Positions 25,032 through 37,034 of a stretch of 64,000 nucleotides of DNA are shown piece by piece. The stretch comes from Phaeosaccion multiseriatum. Its lineage: Eukaryota; Protista; Ochrophyta, other classes. The stretch is taken from contig OZ218958.1 in NCBI GenBank assembly GCA_965112735.1, positions 372,001 to 436,000 on the forward strand, in the 5' to 3' direction. The position numbers and the translations under genes were made by a program. Below the pieces are notes generated by a model. That model made no database searches. It was given only the letters and a program-made list of their open reading frames with translations, and was not told the origin of the DNA. The stretch's first letter is position 1. Every line of letters starts with the position of its first letter.

Positions 25032-25273
25032 CAGGAGGGGTGGGGGGGGGGCTGTGGGCGGTCGGCAGCCGCAGCAGTCCTATGCCGGAAGAGAGTAAGA
25101 GAGTCTTTTTTTGTTTTTGAGGAGGGGGGTCCGATACAAGCCTTCGGCCCCAGCTCGCTCACCATTCCAACTCCCTCCCTCACACACTCGCTCACGTACG
25201 CACTTACGCACTCATTACTCACTCACGCAATCGCTCACTGACGTCCACGTCACCCACTTCCTTCCTCACCAAC
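23538..25273. repeat. ~1.73-kb segmental duplication of 32625-34359
   Basis: Near-identical from gtgattccctcc to ctcaccaac. Confidence 0.95.
24248..24954 (+). pseudogene. Truncated Hv1 duplicate (exon 1 only), S1 Asp replaced by Gly
   Basis: Six aa differences from the 33341 copy. The duplication ends inside the intron, so the C-terminal exon is absent. Confidence 0.8.
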
Positions 25274-26347
25274 GTGTCCCTGTTCTCAGTCTCGGGAGCC
25301 CCGTTTCGGCCCCCACTTCGCCTGTGCCTTCGACCTCCTCCTGCACCCGGCCGCCCATCCTCTCTCTCCTCCTGGCGGTGAAGGACCGGTGTCGCAGCAA
25401 GTGGCACAGCAGACTCCGCTGAGGGAGCGCCCACCGGGCCTTCAGCGGCAGCAACAACAACAACAGCTTCCGAGCTACTCCTCGCTGGAGCGACGCCTAT
25501 CGCCTCTCGTACGCCGTGTCCTTGACAGAGGAGTTGCAGTTGGCGGTGGATGAGCAAGTGTCCAAGTTGCGGCAGGGGAGGAAGGCCATGCAGGCCGCCT
25601 TGGAGCAGCGCCAGCGCCAGCGCCAGCGCCAGCGGCAGCAGCAGCAGCAGCAGTGCCTTTCTACGAAGGACATTGGAGGCGCCGAGGGTGGGAGGAGGAC
25701 CAAGAGGAGGACCAAGAGGACCGGCCTCGCTTGTTTCTGAAGATTGCCGACTTCCAGGAGCACAGTCGCGCGAACGGGTACGCGCTCAGCTGGGAGCGTG
25801 GCGACGGCTTCTCTTGCTGCGACGGTGGGGCTGGGGCGGGAGAGAGGGGAGGAGCAGCAGGAGGAGGAGGAGGAGGGCGCCACCACCTTTGTGCGCGATC
25901 CCTGTGGCACTCCCCCCACCAAAGAAGGGCTCCTCGCCCGGCGGACTCTGTGCTGCTCAGGGGGGCGGAGGGGCGCAGCAGCAGGGGGGTAGCGGCCGAG
26001 GGGGCTGGAAGAGGAGTGGCTGTGCGGTGAGGCTGCTGAACGCTAGGGTACGTCTTGGGGGGAGGGGCCGGATTTAGACTTGCTCTTGCTTGGGGGGGTG
26101 TTTGGGTCTTGCCTGCCTCTGTCGTAGCTCCTCAAGAGTGGCTGGCCCTTCCCATTTTCCTCGGCGATGGAGCAAGATAGCGCCCAACACTCCTTTCTCC
26201 TCCTCGAAAACTCATGACACTTGTGTCTGCCCTCTTAGACGGGAGGGAGCCATGATGGATTTGTTGCGCCAAGGCTACATTCCATCATGGAGCGGCGGGC
26301 TCGGCCTATCGGGGGCGCGAGAAGCCCCGCGGGGAGCCGGCAGCAGC

Positions 26348-26381
<34 letters not shown>

Positions 26382-26449
26382 GCAACAATAGCAACAACCA
26401 CAGCAGCAATAGCAGCAATAGCAACAAGAACAAAAAACGCAACGACAAC

Positions 26450-27583
26450 GACCACAAAGGGGCACAGGCAATGCAGGGGGGCAAGTCATCTGTGGCACCT
26501 CCGCTCGGCAGGCAGTGGTGGCTTTTCTGATCTAAAACCTTTTTTTTTCCATGCATCCTACTACCAATGTATCTCCTACAGGATACCGTTGCTGCCAAAG
26601 CTACTTCAAAATCCACACTCCCTGTGTGTGCCCCGTACAACGCTATATAAACCAAACCTTGTGTGCTGACTGTACAAAATTCCATCTCTCCTTCTCTCTC
26701 CGACCCAGTTCCCTCCATTTCGCTACTTCAAACCCCCCCCCATTCTCCATGTATGATTGTTGTACACTTTATACAAACCGTGTGTGTACAAACATCCCCT
26801 CTCTCGTTCTCTCTCCAACCCGTGTGTGTGTGTGTGTGCGTGTGTATGCCGTTGCTGCCCAAGTCTCCACGACTATTACTAGTCGGACTCGAAGTCATCC
26901 ATCGTCACTGCTCTCGCCGCACGTCTCACTGTCCAGCTTGGCCGCCGCACCCCTCTTCAACCCCATCTCGCCGCTGCTGCTGCCTGCCCTGCTGCTGCTG
27001 CTGCTGCTGCTACTGCCTGCCCTGCTGCTGCTGCTGCTGGTGGTGCTGCTGAACATACCTGCTGCTGCTGCTGCGAACATCTCAATGGCAAACTCCCGAA
27101 GCAGTCTCTGTTCCTCCGTCCCCGCCCGCTCCGCTGCTTGCTGCTTGATGCGCTCCTTGTACTGGGGGTTCCCCAGCATCGCCCTAGCCATCTCCACGAC
27201 CAATCTGTTGAACCGGTCAATGGAAGCAGTCTCTCGCGATGTCATGGCCTCTCCGTCAATGTACCTTGTATACAAGGCCGCCGTCACGGCTGGAAACAGC
27301 CCTGCGGCCTGAGTCGAATAGTTGGGACGACAAGCAAGAGGGAGGGTTGTATTAGAGAGAGAGAGAGAGAGAGAGAGAGCGTGGACTCCCCAAGCCAACA
27401 CACACGCCGCCGAGAGCGTGGACTCCCCGAGTCAAGCCAACACACACCCACCTGGTTTGAAGAGCCATCATCTTGTGACCGGACAGGAGCACCCGCAGGA
27501 GGTACCCCCGACCCGGCGCCATCACCCCTCTTCTCGCCCTCCTCTCCCACGGCCGCATACATGTCCGGCGCTGCGCCATGTTG

Positions 27584-27621
<38 letters not shown>

Positions 27622-28100
27622 GAGGAATGAGAAAAGAGGAGGGAAGGAAGGGGGGAAAAAAGGGGAAAATGTCGACAACACACACACGCACCTCGCAGTG
27701 CCTCTTGGTGCTCAGCTGGAGCAGGGGCAGGTTTTCTTTAGAATCTTCTTTACGAAGCTTGGGGTGATGATGATGCGGTGGGGGGGTTGTCCTGAATGTT
27801 CAAGATTCGGCCCCCGGGGTCTTCCCATCTGTGATGCTGGATGGCCAACCCCCTTGGTAGGCGGGAGTGCTAGCCGGGATACGTATAATACATAATACAG
27901 CGCGGGTGCCAGCCTCCGGGGTTGGGGTTGTCGCAGCAGCTTGACATGGAAATGGAAAGAACGACGCCCCTTCGGGCCGAATGTGTAGCAAGCAAAGACG
28001 TCTTCTCCGCCCCTGCCACGCGCCGAGGCAGGGGGAGCAGCTCCTGCACCTGGCGCCAAGGAAACATCAGCAAGAGAGGCATCACGTCACGCCGGTGGGT
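26450..28100 (-). pseudogene. Unknown gene family member (paralog of 7866-8890 and 9227-9518) with degenerate upstream exons
   Basis: AAGLFPAVTAALYTRYIDGEAMTSRETASIDRFNRLVVEMARAMLGNPQYKERIKQQAAE after a cag acceptor near 27310. Confidence 0.55.
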
Positions 28101-29489
28101 GGGACAGGGAGAGAAGGAGAGAAAAAAAAATTTTTGGGATAACGAAGGGGTTGACACTCAGCCATTGATCCATCTCGCGCTCCCTCCCTCCCTTCCTCGG
28201 CCATCCAACAGAGAGGGGTAGGTAGCCGAAGCAGCTACCACAACCTCACATCCGCGAGGCAGACACGCGCCCATGTCATGCTTCTGGGCTGACTCACTCC
28301 TTTAGCACCATCGAGGTCGGCTTTCAAAGGTCAGGGAGGGGGGTGGACACTCCAGCAGGTTGCTTAGTACAGGCGTGGTCGCTCTTCCCCTCTTCCCCAC
28401 CGGGCGAGCAGCCAGCACTAAGCACCAACCGTCACCAATGGAAGCATCACTCGCTCCGACGCAGTGCGCCAGGAAGGTCTGCACACGCACACTCCGTCCG
28501 TGTCATGGCTGCCCTCCTCGAGGGGGCCGGGGCGGTCCGTCCGTGTTCATTGACGAGTGTGGCTGTCGACTGAGAGAGAGAGAGAGAGAGAGATACAGGG
28601 TCAGCGCGTAGCGAGCGAGCGAGTGAGAGGTGGGATAGGGAGCGAGGGAGGGAGGACGGGATAAGTGGGTCCTCTCCAGGGCGAAGCAATCGATGAATAT
28701 CGACTTTTGTGACTGAGCACTGTATCGACGTAGAATATCGATGTACATGAGTGGCCAAGGCCATCACTTCTTTAAGACGCATCTCTCAATAGGTATATAA
28801 TGTTTCTGTAGAGGGGACATCGCAACACGACAGTTGTCGCGACACTTCACAGCTAGCTGGTTCTACAAAGGTGGTCGGCGACACACAGGCGAGTTTTTGG
28901 TCGGAAAGCTCTAGGAGAGAAAGGGGACTTCCTGCACGTGGCCCATGACGGGCAACGATGCAGAAGGAGGCAGGGAGAGCGGGGGCACGGACAGCTCCAG
29001 CTCTAGCTCCAATACTCCTACCGGATCTGGGGGAGCGACAAGTGGTTGGATGCAGTGTGGGGGGAAGTGCGCACATTGAGAGAATCGATGCAACAGCTCA
29101 TAGCACTGAGCTTTGTACCACTGTGGTTGTGTACTGTGTGGAGAGAAGCGAAGGCAACAGTACGCTCTGGCAGCGAGCGCACGGATAGGTGTGCTGACAA
29201 ACACACACGCACTCGCTCTCTCACTCACTTACTTGGACACTCATGCCCTCACTCCCTCGCTCACTCGATCTCCCAATCACTCGCTCGCTCGATCTCACAG
29301 TCACTCCCCCACTCACTCACTCACCCACTCACTCACTCACTCACTCACTCACCCACTCACTCATCCACCACCCCTCACTCACGTACTCACTCCCTACTCA
29401 CCCACTCACTCGCGCACTCAACCTCCCACTCCCCCAATCACTCGCCCACTCACTTACTCACCCCGGTCACAAACGGCACATACCTGCTC

Positions 29490-32380
29490 CTCACTCCTGC
29501 TTGATGATGTCCAGCCTCCTCCTCCAAGCTCACGAGGGCCAGGCACCTGGGCGTGACCGCCCTGGACACTTGCAACAACGCGCCCCCGACCAAATGTCCC
29601 AAACCCGGAAGGATTGTCCGATCCGAAGCCGCCGCTGCAGGAGCACGTCCCCCCCCCCCCCTGCTACTGCTGGCGCAGGCCACAACGGCCGGGTCATCGT
29701 CTCTCCCTCCGACTCCCCCTCGCACCTCCGACTGGTGCCGTGCAGGGGCGGGTCTGAGAGGGGGTGTGAGAGATAGCGTGGTGAGGACTCTCCACGAAGG
29801 TACCCGTGAGTGACCAGGGAGAGAAGGGAAGGATGGCAATGGATGCCAACCCAAAGTCCCCCGTCAGACGAGACTAGACTTGAAGGACTAGCAGGACAAG
29901 CAAGGGCAGCAACTTACGTGGCGAGCCAGGTGGGTATGTGCGGCGCGCCGCTCCTCCGATCCCACGCCAGCGCAAGCGCAAGGATTAGAAGGCTCGCTTA
30001 CCTTACTTTGGTCATTCACTCGCTCCAAAGCCCCACACCAGTACTTCAGTCAGTGAGGCAGTGACGTTCCTTATCTCCTCAAGCTCACCGTCGTCTGCCC
30101 GCTGTCGTGACGACTCGCACCGCTCTGCTATGGCCCCGCACGCCCAGACGAGCGCATTTTGCATTAGAGTGAGAGAGGGACACCGAGTCGACGTGTCAGC
30201 AACCGCGCATAGTGCGACCCCAACAACCCTCTCCGACCCCTGCCCCTCCGCCTTACCTCTCGGTGTGCGGCAATGTCCCAGAGCCTCAGACTCCAGTCGC
30301 TGCCCCCCCGTCACGAGTCTGTCCGAGGCGCAGCAGCAAGCGACAAACTCCGCGCCCCCGTGTGCCGCGTCATCAATCCTCGCCACGCAGCCCCAAGGAG
30401 GAAGGGCATCATCGCCGGACGGTTCGTCTGATGCAGCCCCCCTTGGCGGGCCCCATCTGCTTCTGCTTCTGTACGTCGGTGTGGTTGCGGGGCGTGGGGG
30501 GGGGGGGGGCACAACCGCACGGTCGAGTCCCGCCCTCCGGAGGAGGGTGTGGGGGGGGGGAAGAGGAGAAAGGATGGCAATCCACGGACGCTACATTTGT
30601 TCGCACGCGCACCACTGCTTCTGGCGGTGGGCTTCACAGCAAGTCCACAACCGCACCCCACCCACACGCCAGCCCCCAGCTCTATCCTCTGTCCTTTTCC
30701 CTCCTCCCTCTACCCTCCGTCCTTTTCCCTCTACATTCTACCCTCTGCCCAGTGATCTCTGACCTCCGACCTCCGAACTTCGACCTTCTTCCCTCTGACC
30801 CTCTGATATTCTAACCCCCCTTCTCCCCTCTGCCCTCTGTTCTCTTCCCTCGCCCCTCTTCCTTCTCCCCTCATCCCTCTGCCCTCTCCCGTCTGACCTC
30901 TCCTCCCCATCTCTTCCCTCTTCCCTCTGACCTCCCCCCCCTCCCCTCTTCCTCCTGGTTGCCCTCTTCTCTCTTCCCTCCAACCTCTGGTGACCTCTGA
31001 CCTCTACCCTGTCGCCTCCAACTTCTGACATCTGATCTCATTCCTCTTCCCCCCCCTCCCTCTTTCCTCTTCCCTTTTACCTCTCCCCTCCGCCCTCTTC
31101 CCTCTTCCCTCATTCCTCTGACCTCTCCCCCCTGACCTTTCGTCCCCCCCCCCCCTCTTCCCTCTCCCCTCTCCCCTCTGACCTTCAAGCTCCTGGCCCG
31201 GCTCGAGCAGAGCTTTGTCCCTGGATGCGCTCCACAGACGCAGCTTGCGGTCGTCCTTGCTGGCCGTCAGCAGAGCAGGGGCAGCCTGGAGGGCAGACGG
31301 AGGTGAGGGGTAACGGGTGAGGGGAGTGCCCAGCAAAAGGGGTCAGAGAGAGAGAGAGGTACAGCCATGGACAGAAAGGAGCACAGGAGCGTCCTGAGGA
31401 GCTTGGCTGCTAGTAAATTATCGCCACTCGGTCACCAAACAACAACAACCATCCCAAGACCCAAGGCCCAAGTCCCCAGCGCATGCATGACCAGTGCCCC
31501 CTGACCTGTGTGAGGGAAGACGCGTCACAGTGACTGGGGCAGCTCAGGGAGGTGATGGCCCCTCCGTGTGCGCTTGCCATGCGCTGCACGCCCCTGTCAG
31601 GCACCGCCCGAGTCATAGGCCCGCTGCCGCCGCCTTGTTGTTGATGGTGGTGCTTTTCGTCCTTGCCCCCCCCCCCTGCCCCTTCTTCAATCGTCCACGC
31701 AGCGATGCCCCCCACAACCTTGCTGCTGCCACTCTCGGACGCACATACGCCTGCAATGACGAGGCAGAAGCGAGGCCACAAGACTCAGTAGTGAAGCCAT
31801 TCGCGATTCGCAGCATCGCTCGCCGTACCCCCCACGAGGAGCAGGGTGCCGCCCCCACTGGCATCGACTTCCTCCTCTTCGGCTCCCTACTGTTCCTTCT
31901 GCGGCGGTGAGGGGGTAGCTCCGGCTGTTTCCATGGAGACGCTGCTCCCTCCCCAGCTCCTTGTGTTCCACCCCACTGCGTGCGGCATGACGTAGCTACC
32001 CACCCCCGAGCCTTGATGCGCTCGGCGTAGTAGGCACAAACGCTCCTCCCCCCGTAGTTGTCAGGAGTCCCCTGCCCCTTACGGTGAAGCCCGTGAAGGC
32101 AATGTAGCCCCCTAACCCCCCATCCGTGGCGCCGGTTGCCCCACCTTCGTGGGACAGTGCTGAGTAATTCTCGTGCCCAGGTGCCAACAGCACGTGTGTG
32201 TGGTGGTGGGCTTGTTGGGGTGGAGCAGTCCAGCAGCAGACTGACAAGTCTGGCCTCCGACAAGAACTTCTTCTGCTCCTCCTCCTGATGCATCGTAGCG
32301 GAAATGCCCCTCCAGCAATGTCTCTGCCCCGGCCGGGCATGACGGGGGCAACAGGAGGATGATGATGATGATGCGCCGCT

Positions 32381-32431
<51 letters not shown>

Positions 32432-32820
32432 TTCTTGCTCCTGCACGGCAGCAACGCTTTGGTCCACGACCAACGGCACCCCTACTACAAGGGAGCTCCT
32501 TGTCGCGCCATGATGCCTCGGTCGGCTCGTGCCAGAAACATATCAAGTCGACTCCACACAAGATACAACAAGGCACGGAGCGAGGGGCGGGCCGCCGGGA
32601 GAGAAGAAGGCGTAGCCACGGGAAGTGATTCCCTCCTGCTCTGCTCCTCCTGCCTGGCCTCCGCTCCTTTCACTTTCTTGTCCTCCACTCTCGTCTCCCT
32701 TCTTCTTGCCAACCCCAGTCCTCTTCTCCCTGCCGAGGGCGCAGCAGGAGAGGCCCGCCTCGCGAACGAGGAGAACATCGATATATTCGCCAGCTGTGAG
32801 CTGAATGTCCAACACTCCAC
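29490..32820 (-). pseudogene. Multi-exon WD40-like gene or fragments, divergent from Hv1
   Basis: WD-like pieces SAHGGAITSLSC, LLTASKDDRKLRLW and AAHGGAEFVACCCASDRLVTGG between microsatellite-rich introns; no clean model could be built. Confidence 0.4.
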
Positions 32821-33106
32821 CCAAGAAAGAAATCGAAAAATACTTGCCTGCCTCCCTCTCCCTCTCCCTTTCTCTCCCCTCTCGCCCTCACAACCGACAA
32901 CCCGAACGAATCCGCAGCATTGGTCAGAGCAGGGAGCGTTACGATAGGAGGAGCAGGATCAAGGAGCAGAAGGAGGAGGGAGAAGCAGGTAAATACTTTT
33001 AGGAATTCTTTCTCGTTTCAGTAATCTGGCGCCATAATCAGTAATCAGGCCGGCTGCGCCGGCCGTAATCAGTCATCAGATAACCTTGTCCAGGGTCGAT
33101 CCTTCC

Positions 33107-33146
<40 letters not shown>

Positions 33147-33340
33147 CTGTTTTGCGAAAACAATGTCTCTGTACCGCTCTCGGGCCGCCATGACTAGGTC
33201 TGCGGGGGCCTTTGCTATTTCGCTCTCGGCTCTTGCGTATTTGGTCTTCCTAGGGAAACTCCGGTTGTTCCTGCGCGGCCACCGTTGCTGCCCCTTCTGG
33301 GACGTTTGCTTAGCAGCGGCATCTACGGCAGGCCTCCGCC

Positions 33341-34068
33341 ATGGCGGACAGGGATGGACTTTCAACAGATGGCAGTGTGCATAGCTCTTCGACGGCCCAT
33401 ACCCACAGACCAAAGCTTGAAAGGATGGGGAGAGGTGTGTGGGACAAATCTATGAATTTCACCATCCCCACCAACCAAGGCACCCATGACCACGCCAAGG
33501 AAAAGCATGGGGAAAGTAGTTGGAGGTTCAAGGTGGTGCGGTTTACTCACAGCACGCAGGTGCAAATCGTTCTCATGGGGCTGCTGTTTTTGGACGTCAT
33601 TATCCTCTTTCTGGAGCTGCTGTTCTTGGCACAATACCCACACTGCTCCATCATTGAGAGAGATGCGATTTCATGCTGTCCAGCTGCTTCGTCAGAGGGG
33701 GAGGAGGAGGAGCACCACAGCAGCCATCACTTTTGCGAGACTCCGCTTGAAGCCGCCAGCTCCCATGAAGCTGGCTGTGATGAACACAAGTGGTCCAACA
33801 TCCATACCACGGAGATGGTGCTTTTTGGATTGACCGTTGCCATCTTATCCCTCTTCTTTGTGGAGCTCAATGCATCCATGATCGCTCTGACGCCCCAAGT
33901 CTTTTTTCGCCAGTTTTTCTTCTTGCTGGACTACGTCATCATCACCGTCAGCTTGGCCATGGAACTTGCCTTTCATTTCCTCGACGAGTTCATTTTTCAA
34001 TCTCTGGTGGGCATCCTCGTCGTCATGAGGATCTGGCGTTTCATTAGGTGCGTAAAGCGCGCGCACTT

Positions 34069-34135
<67 letters not shown>

Positions 34136-34863
34136 GAGGGGTGGGGGGAGGGCTGTGGGCGGTCGGCAGCCGCAGCAGTCCTATCCCGGAAGAGAGTAAG
34201 AGAGTCTTTTTTGTTTTTGAGGAGGGGGGTCCGATACAAGCCTTCGGCCCCAGCTCGCTCACCATCACACACCCGCTCACGTACGCACTTACGCACTCAT
34301 TACTCACTCACGCAATCGCTCACTGACGTCCACGCTCACCCACTTCCTTCCTCACCAACTCCCTCCCTCTCTCCCTCACTTCACTCACTCACATCACTCA
34401 CTCACCACCACCCACTCACTCACTCACTCACTCACTCACTCACTCACTCACTCACTCACTCCAATCACTCCCTTCCTACCTCACTGGACTCACTCACTTG
34501 ACTCACTCACTCACTCAGCACCCACTCCCTTCCTCACTCACTCAATCACTCACTCTTTTCCTCCCTCCCTCCCTCCGTCCGTCCGTCCGTCCTTACCTCT
34601 CTCACTTAAATCACGCCTGCAGAATCGGACACGGTATCGTGGAAATCACCAACGAGCTTGCCCACAACCAGTACGAAGGGTTGCTGGCTTATACGGCCAC
34701 GTTGGAGGACCTGTTGAAGGAGCGAAACGTCCCCCTGCCGTTGAACAAGCTAAGATCTGGTGAAGACGATGACAATCTTCTTCATAAGATCGAGCACGTA
34801 CGCCTCGAGGAGCGCAAGAGGAAGTTGGGAGTCAAGACGCAGCAACATCGGGATGCCCTCTGA
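33341..34863 (+). CDS. HVCN1: Voltage-gated proton channel Hv1 (exons 33341-34047, 34623-34863)
   Basis: S1 LLFLDVIILFLEL with the selectivity Asp; S2 ILSLFFVEL; S3 LLDYVII..SLAMEL; S4 RIWRFIR (RxWRxxR) completed across a phase-2 GT-AG intron; C-terminal helical tail. Confidence 0.9.
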
Positions 34864-35886
34864 GTGAGCAGCGGAAGATGGGAAGTGGCAGGGCAACGCA
34901 AGATCGAGTAGGAGACCAACATCAATGACATTGGGCAAGGGGGTAGAGAGAGTGTCGCTCACTCTGCCAAGGGGGGAGAGACTTCTGGTGGCAGAATTCA
35001 CGCCCATTCATAATTAGTCTAATTCTTAAAAGCCTCATTGAAGCAGTTGCCTCCTGCTCCTCTCAGTATGACGCCCCCTCCCCTCTTCTCCCTCACCGTT
35101 TGTACTTTGGTACTGTACACGCCTAATAACATACCCTTCCTCCCTCCCTCCCGTTGGTCCTTCCAGGGTCAATTTTCAGTCCTGCCTGCCCGCACTTGGC
35201 CTGCATACCGCATCTTGTCTATCATTCTCCACCGACGTGTACCATTCCTCCCCTTTCCTCACATCACTACAAAACTGAAACGGCATCGGTTTCGCTTGTC
35301 TCGGCGTAGCCTTGACTCCGTCACACGCGCGCCGCTCCTCTATTCCGCCTCCCTCTCATATCACTTGAGCAGTGAATCGCTCCTCCTTCACAACTGGCAC
35401 CGTCGCATTGCCGCCCTCCCTCCCTCAGCCCTGGCGGGTCGACCGAATCTTCAGAAGAATCCCCTTCCCACCCGCGCTGACAAGTCGAGGCATTGCTTGG
35501 GTGTGGGGGTCTCGAGTTGTGCAAGAGCCCCAAGAAGCAACGGAGGCGCGGCCCTGACCCACGGGACCGACCGAGGACATCGCTCTGGACCCTTCGATCG
35601 ACACATGCGCCGCCTTGTCTTCCACTGCGCCATCCACTCCCCTCTCCTCCCCTGCCGCAGTATATATATACCCACACACACATGCCCCTCCCCCCCCCAC
35701 TTCTTCCTTCAGTCCGCCCCCAGGTTCACTAAAATGATAAAAAAATAAAAACATATAAACGTGTCTGCGAGTTCGCTCTCCTGCATGAACCCACCCCCAA
35801 CACGATCCCATTCTTCCCGTGTCCCGACACGATAGAAACGAGAGATACCGCTGTTTCAAAATTGTCCGTCGTGTGTTGCCCGCCGC

Positions 35887-36113
35887 GCATTGGTGTCACG
35901 CCCCCGCTCCGTCACACGCCGCCACACGCCGCCACGTGCCTAACCCTCGTGGCACCCCTAGGCCATGGGCTGTCAATCGGATATCCAGAGGCTGTCCATA
36001 GGCTGTCCATAGGATAGCCATAGGCCATCTTAGGCTATCCACAGGCTATCCATAGGCTATCTATAGGCCATCTTAGGCCATCCCCCTCCCGCCAGGCATT
36101 GGTGTCACGCCCC
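35887..36113. repeat. ~190-bp segment with a 10-11-bp minisatellite, bounded by an 18-bp direct repeat
   Basis: gcattggtgtcacgcccc at 35887 and 36096; aggct(g/a)tccat-like units, about 9 copies at 35989-36083. Confidence 0.75.
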
Positions 36114-36124
36114 TTCACGCCCCT

Positions 36125-36989
36125 CTAAGCCCTTGCCGTTGTGGAGCGCACAAGGGCATCGGTGAAGAAGATGGTGACGGCGACGGGCAGCCCCACCGCC
36201 ACAATGTTCTTGTACATACCGCGCATGATGAAAGACGCTCCCTCGTCCTGCCACAGCTTGCTCACTGGGAGACACAAACAACAGCGCACACACACAGCAC
36301 ATATGCATATTCAGCCCACATACGCCACGAGAGAGGCGCATAGCATACAGAGGTATGGAGGCACAAAGGGGGGGAAGGGGGGGGGGGGGTGTAAACACTG
36401 AGAAGGCACTCTTGTCATCCTACTCCTTGCCTTCTCTTTCGGGGGGGGTCAAGCCAAGGCTGCCTTGCCACCACAAAATGCCATTCTGAGACCCCACCCA
36501 CCACGGCCATCACCACCAGCCAGCAGCAGCAGCAGCAGCAGCAGCGATGGAAGAGGAGCTAATTTGTGCTGCACAAACACATTTGAACCGCGGCTTGATC
36601 AACAACCACGGCAACACGACAAAGTGCCCGAGCAAGAGGGCGACACGAGCGTGCACACACGCAGACACACACACGCACGCACGTACAGAGAGACACACAC
36701 AGAGCGACACACACAGACACACTCGCGCGCTGCCCCCCTCCCCCTTCCTTCAATCTCACCAGTGCTGCTGAGAGAAAGGTCCGTCTTAAACATCTCGTTT
36801 CGGATCACGTCCAAAGGGTTGGTCAGGGCCGCGCCTGCGATGCCTGAGGACCAGAACACAGACAGAGACACAAGGATGCAGGGGGGGGGGGGGGCATTAA
36901 GCCAATCATGTGCACCTAAGGAGAGAGTACAAGTGGCAGGATGTCGCGGGGTTTGCGTGTACAAGGAGTGGCACGCAGCAAGCGATGCA

Positions 36990-37034
<45 letters not shown>

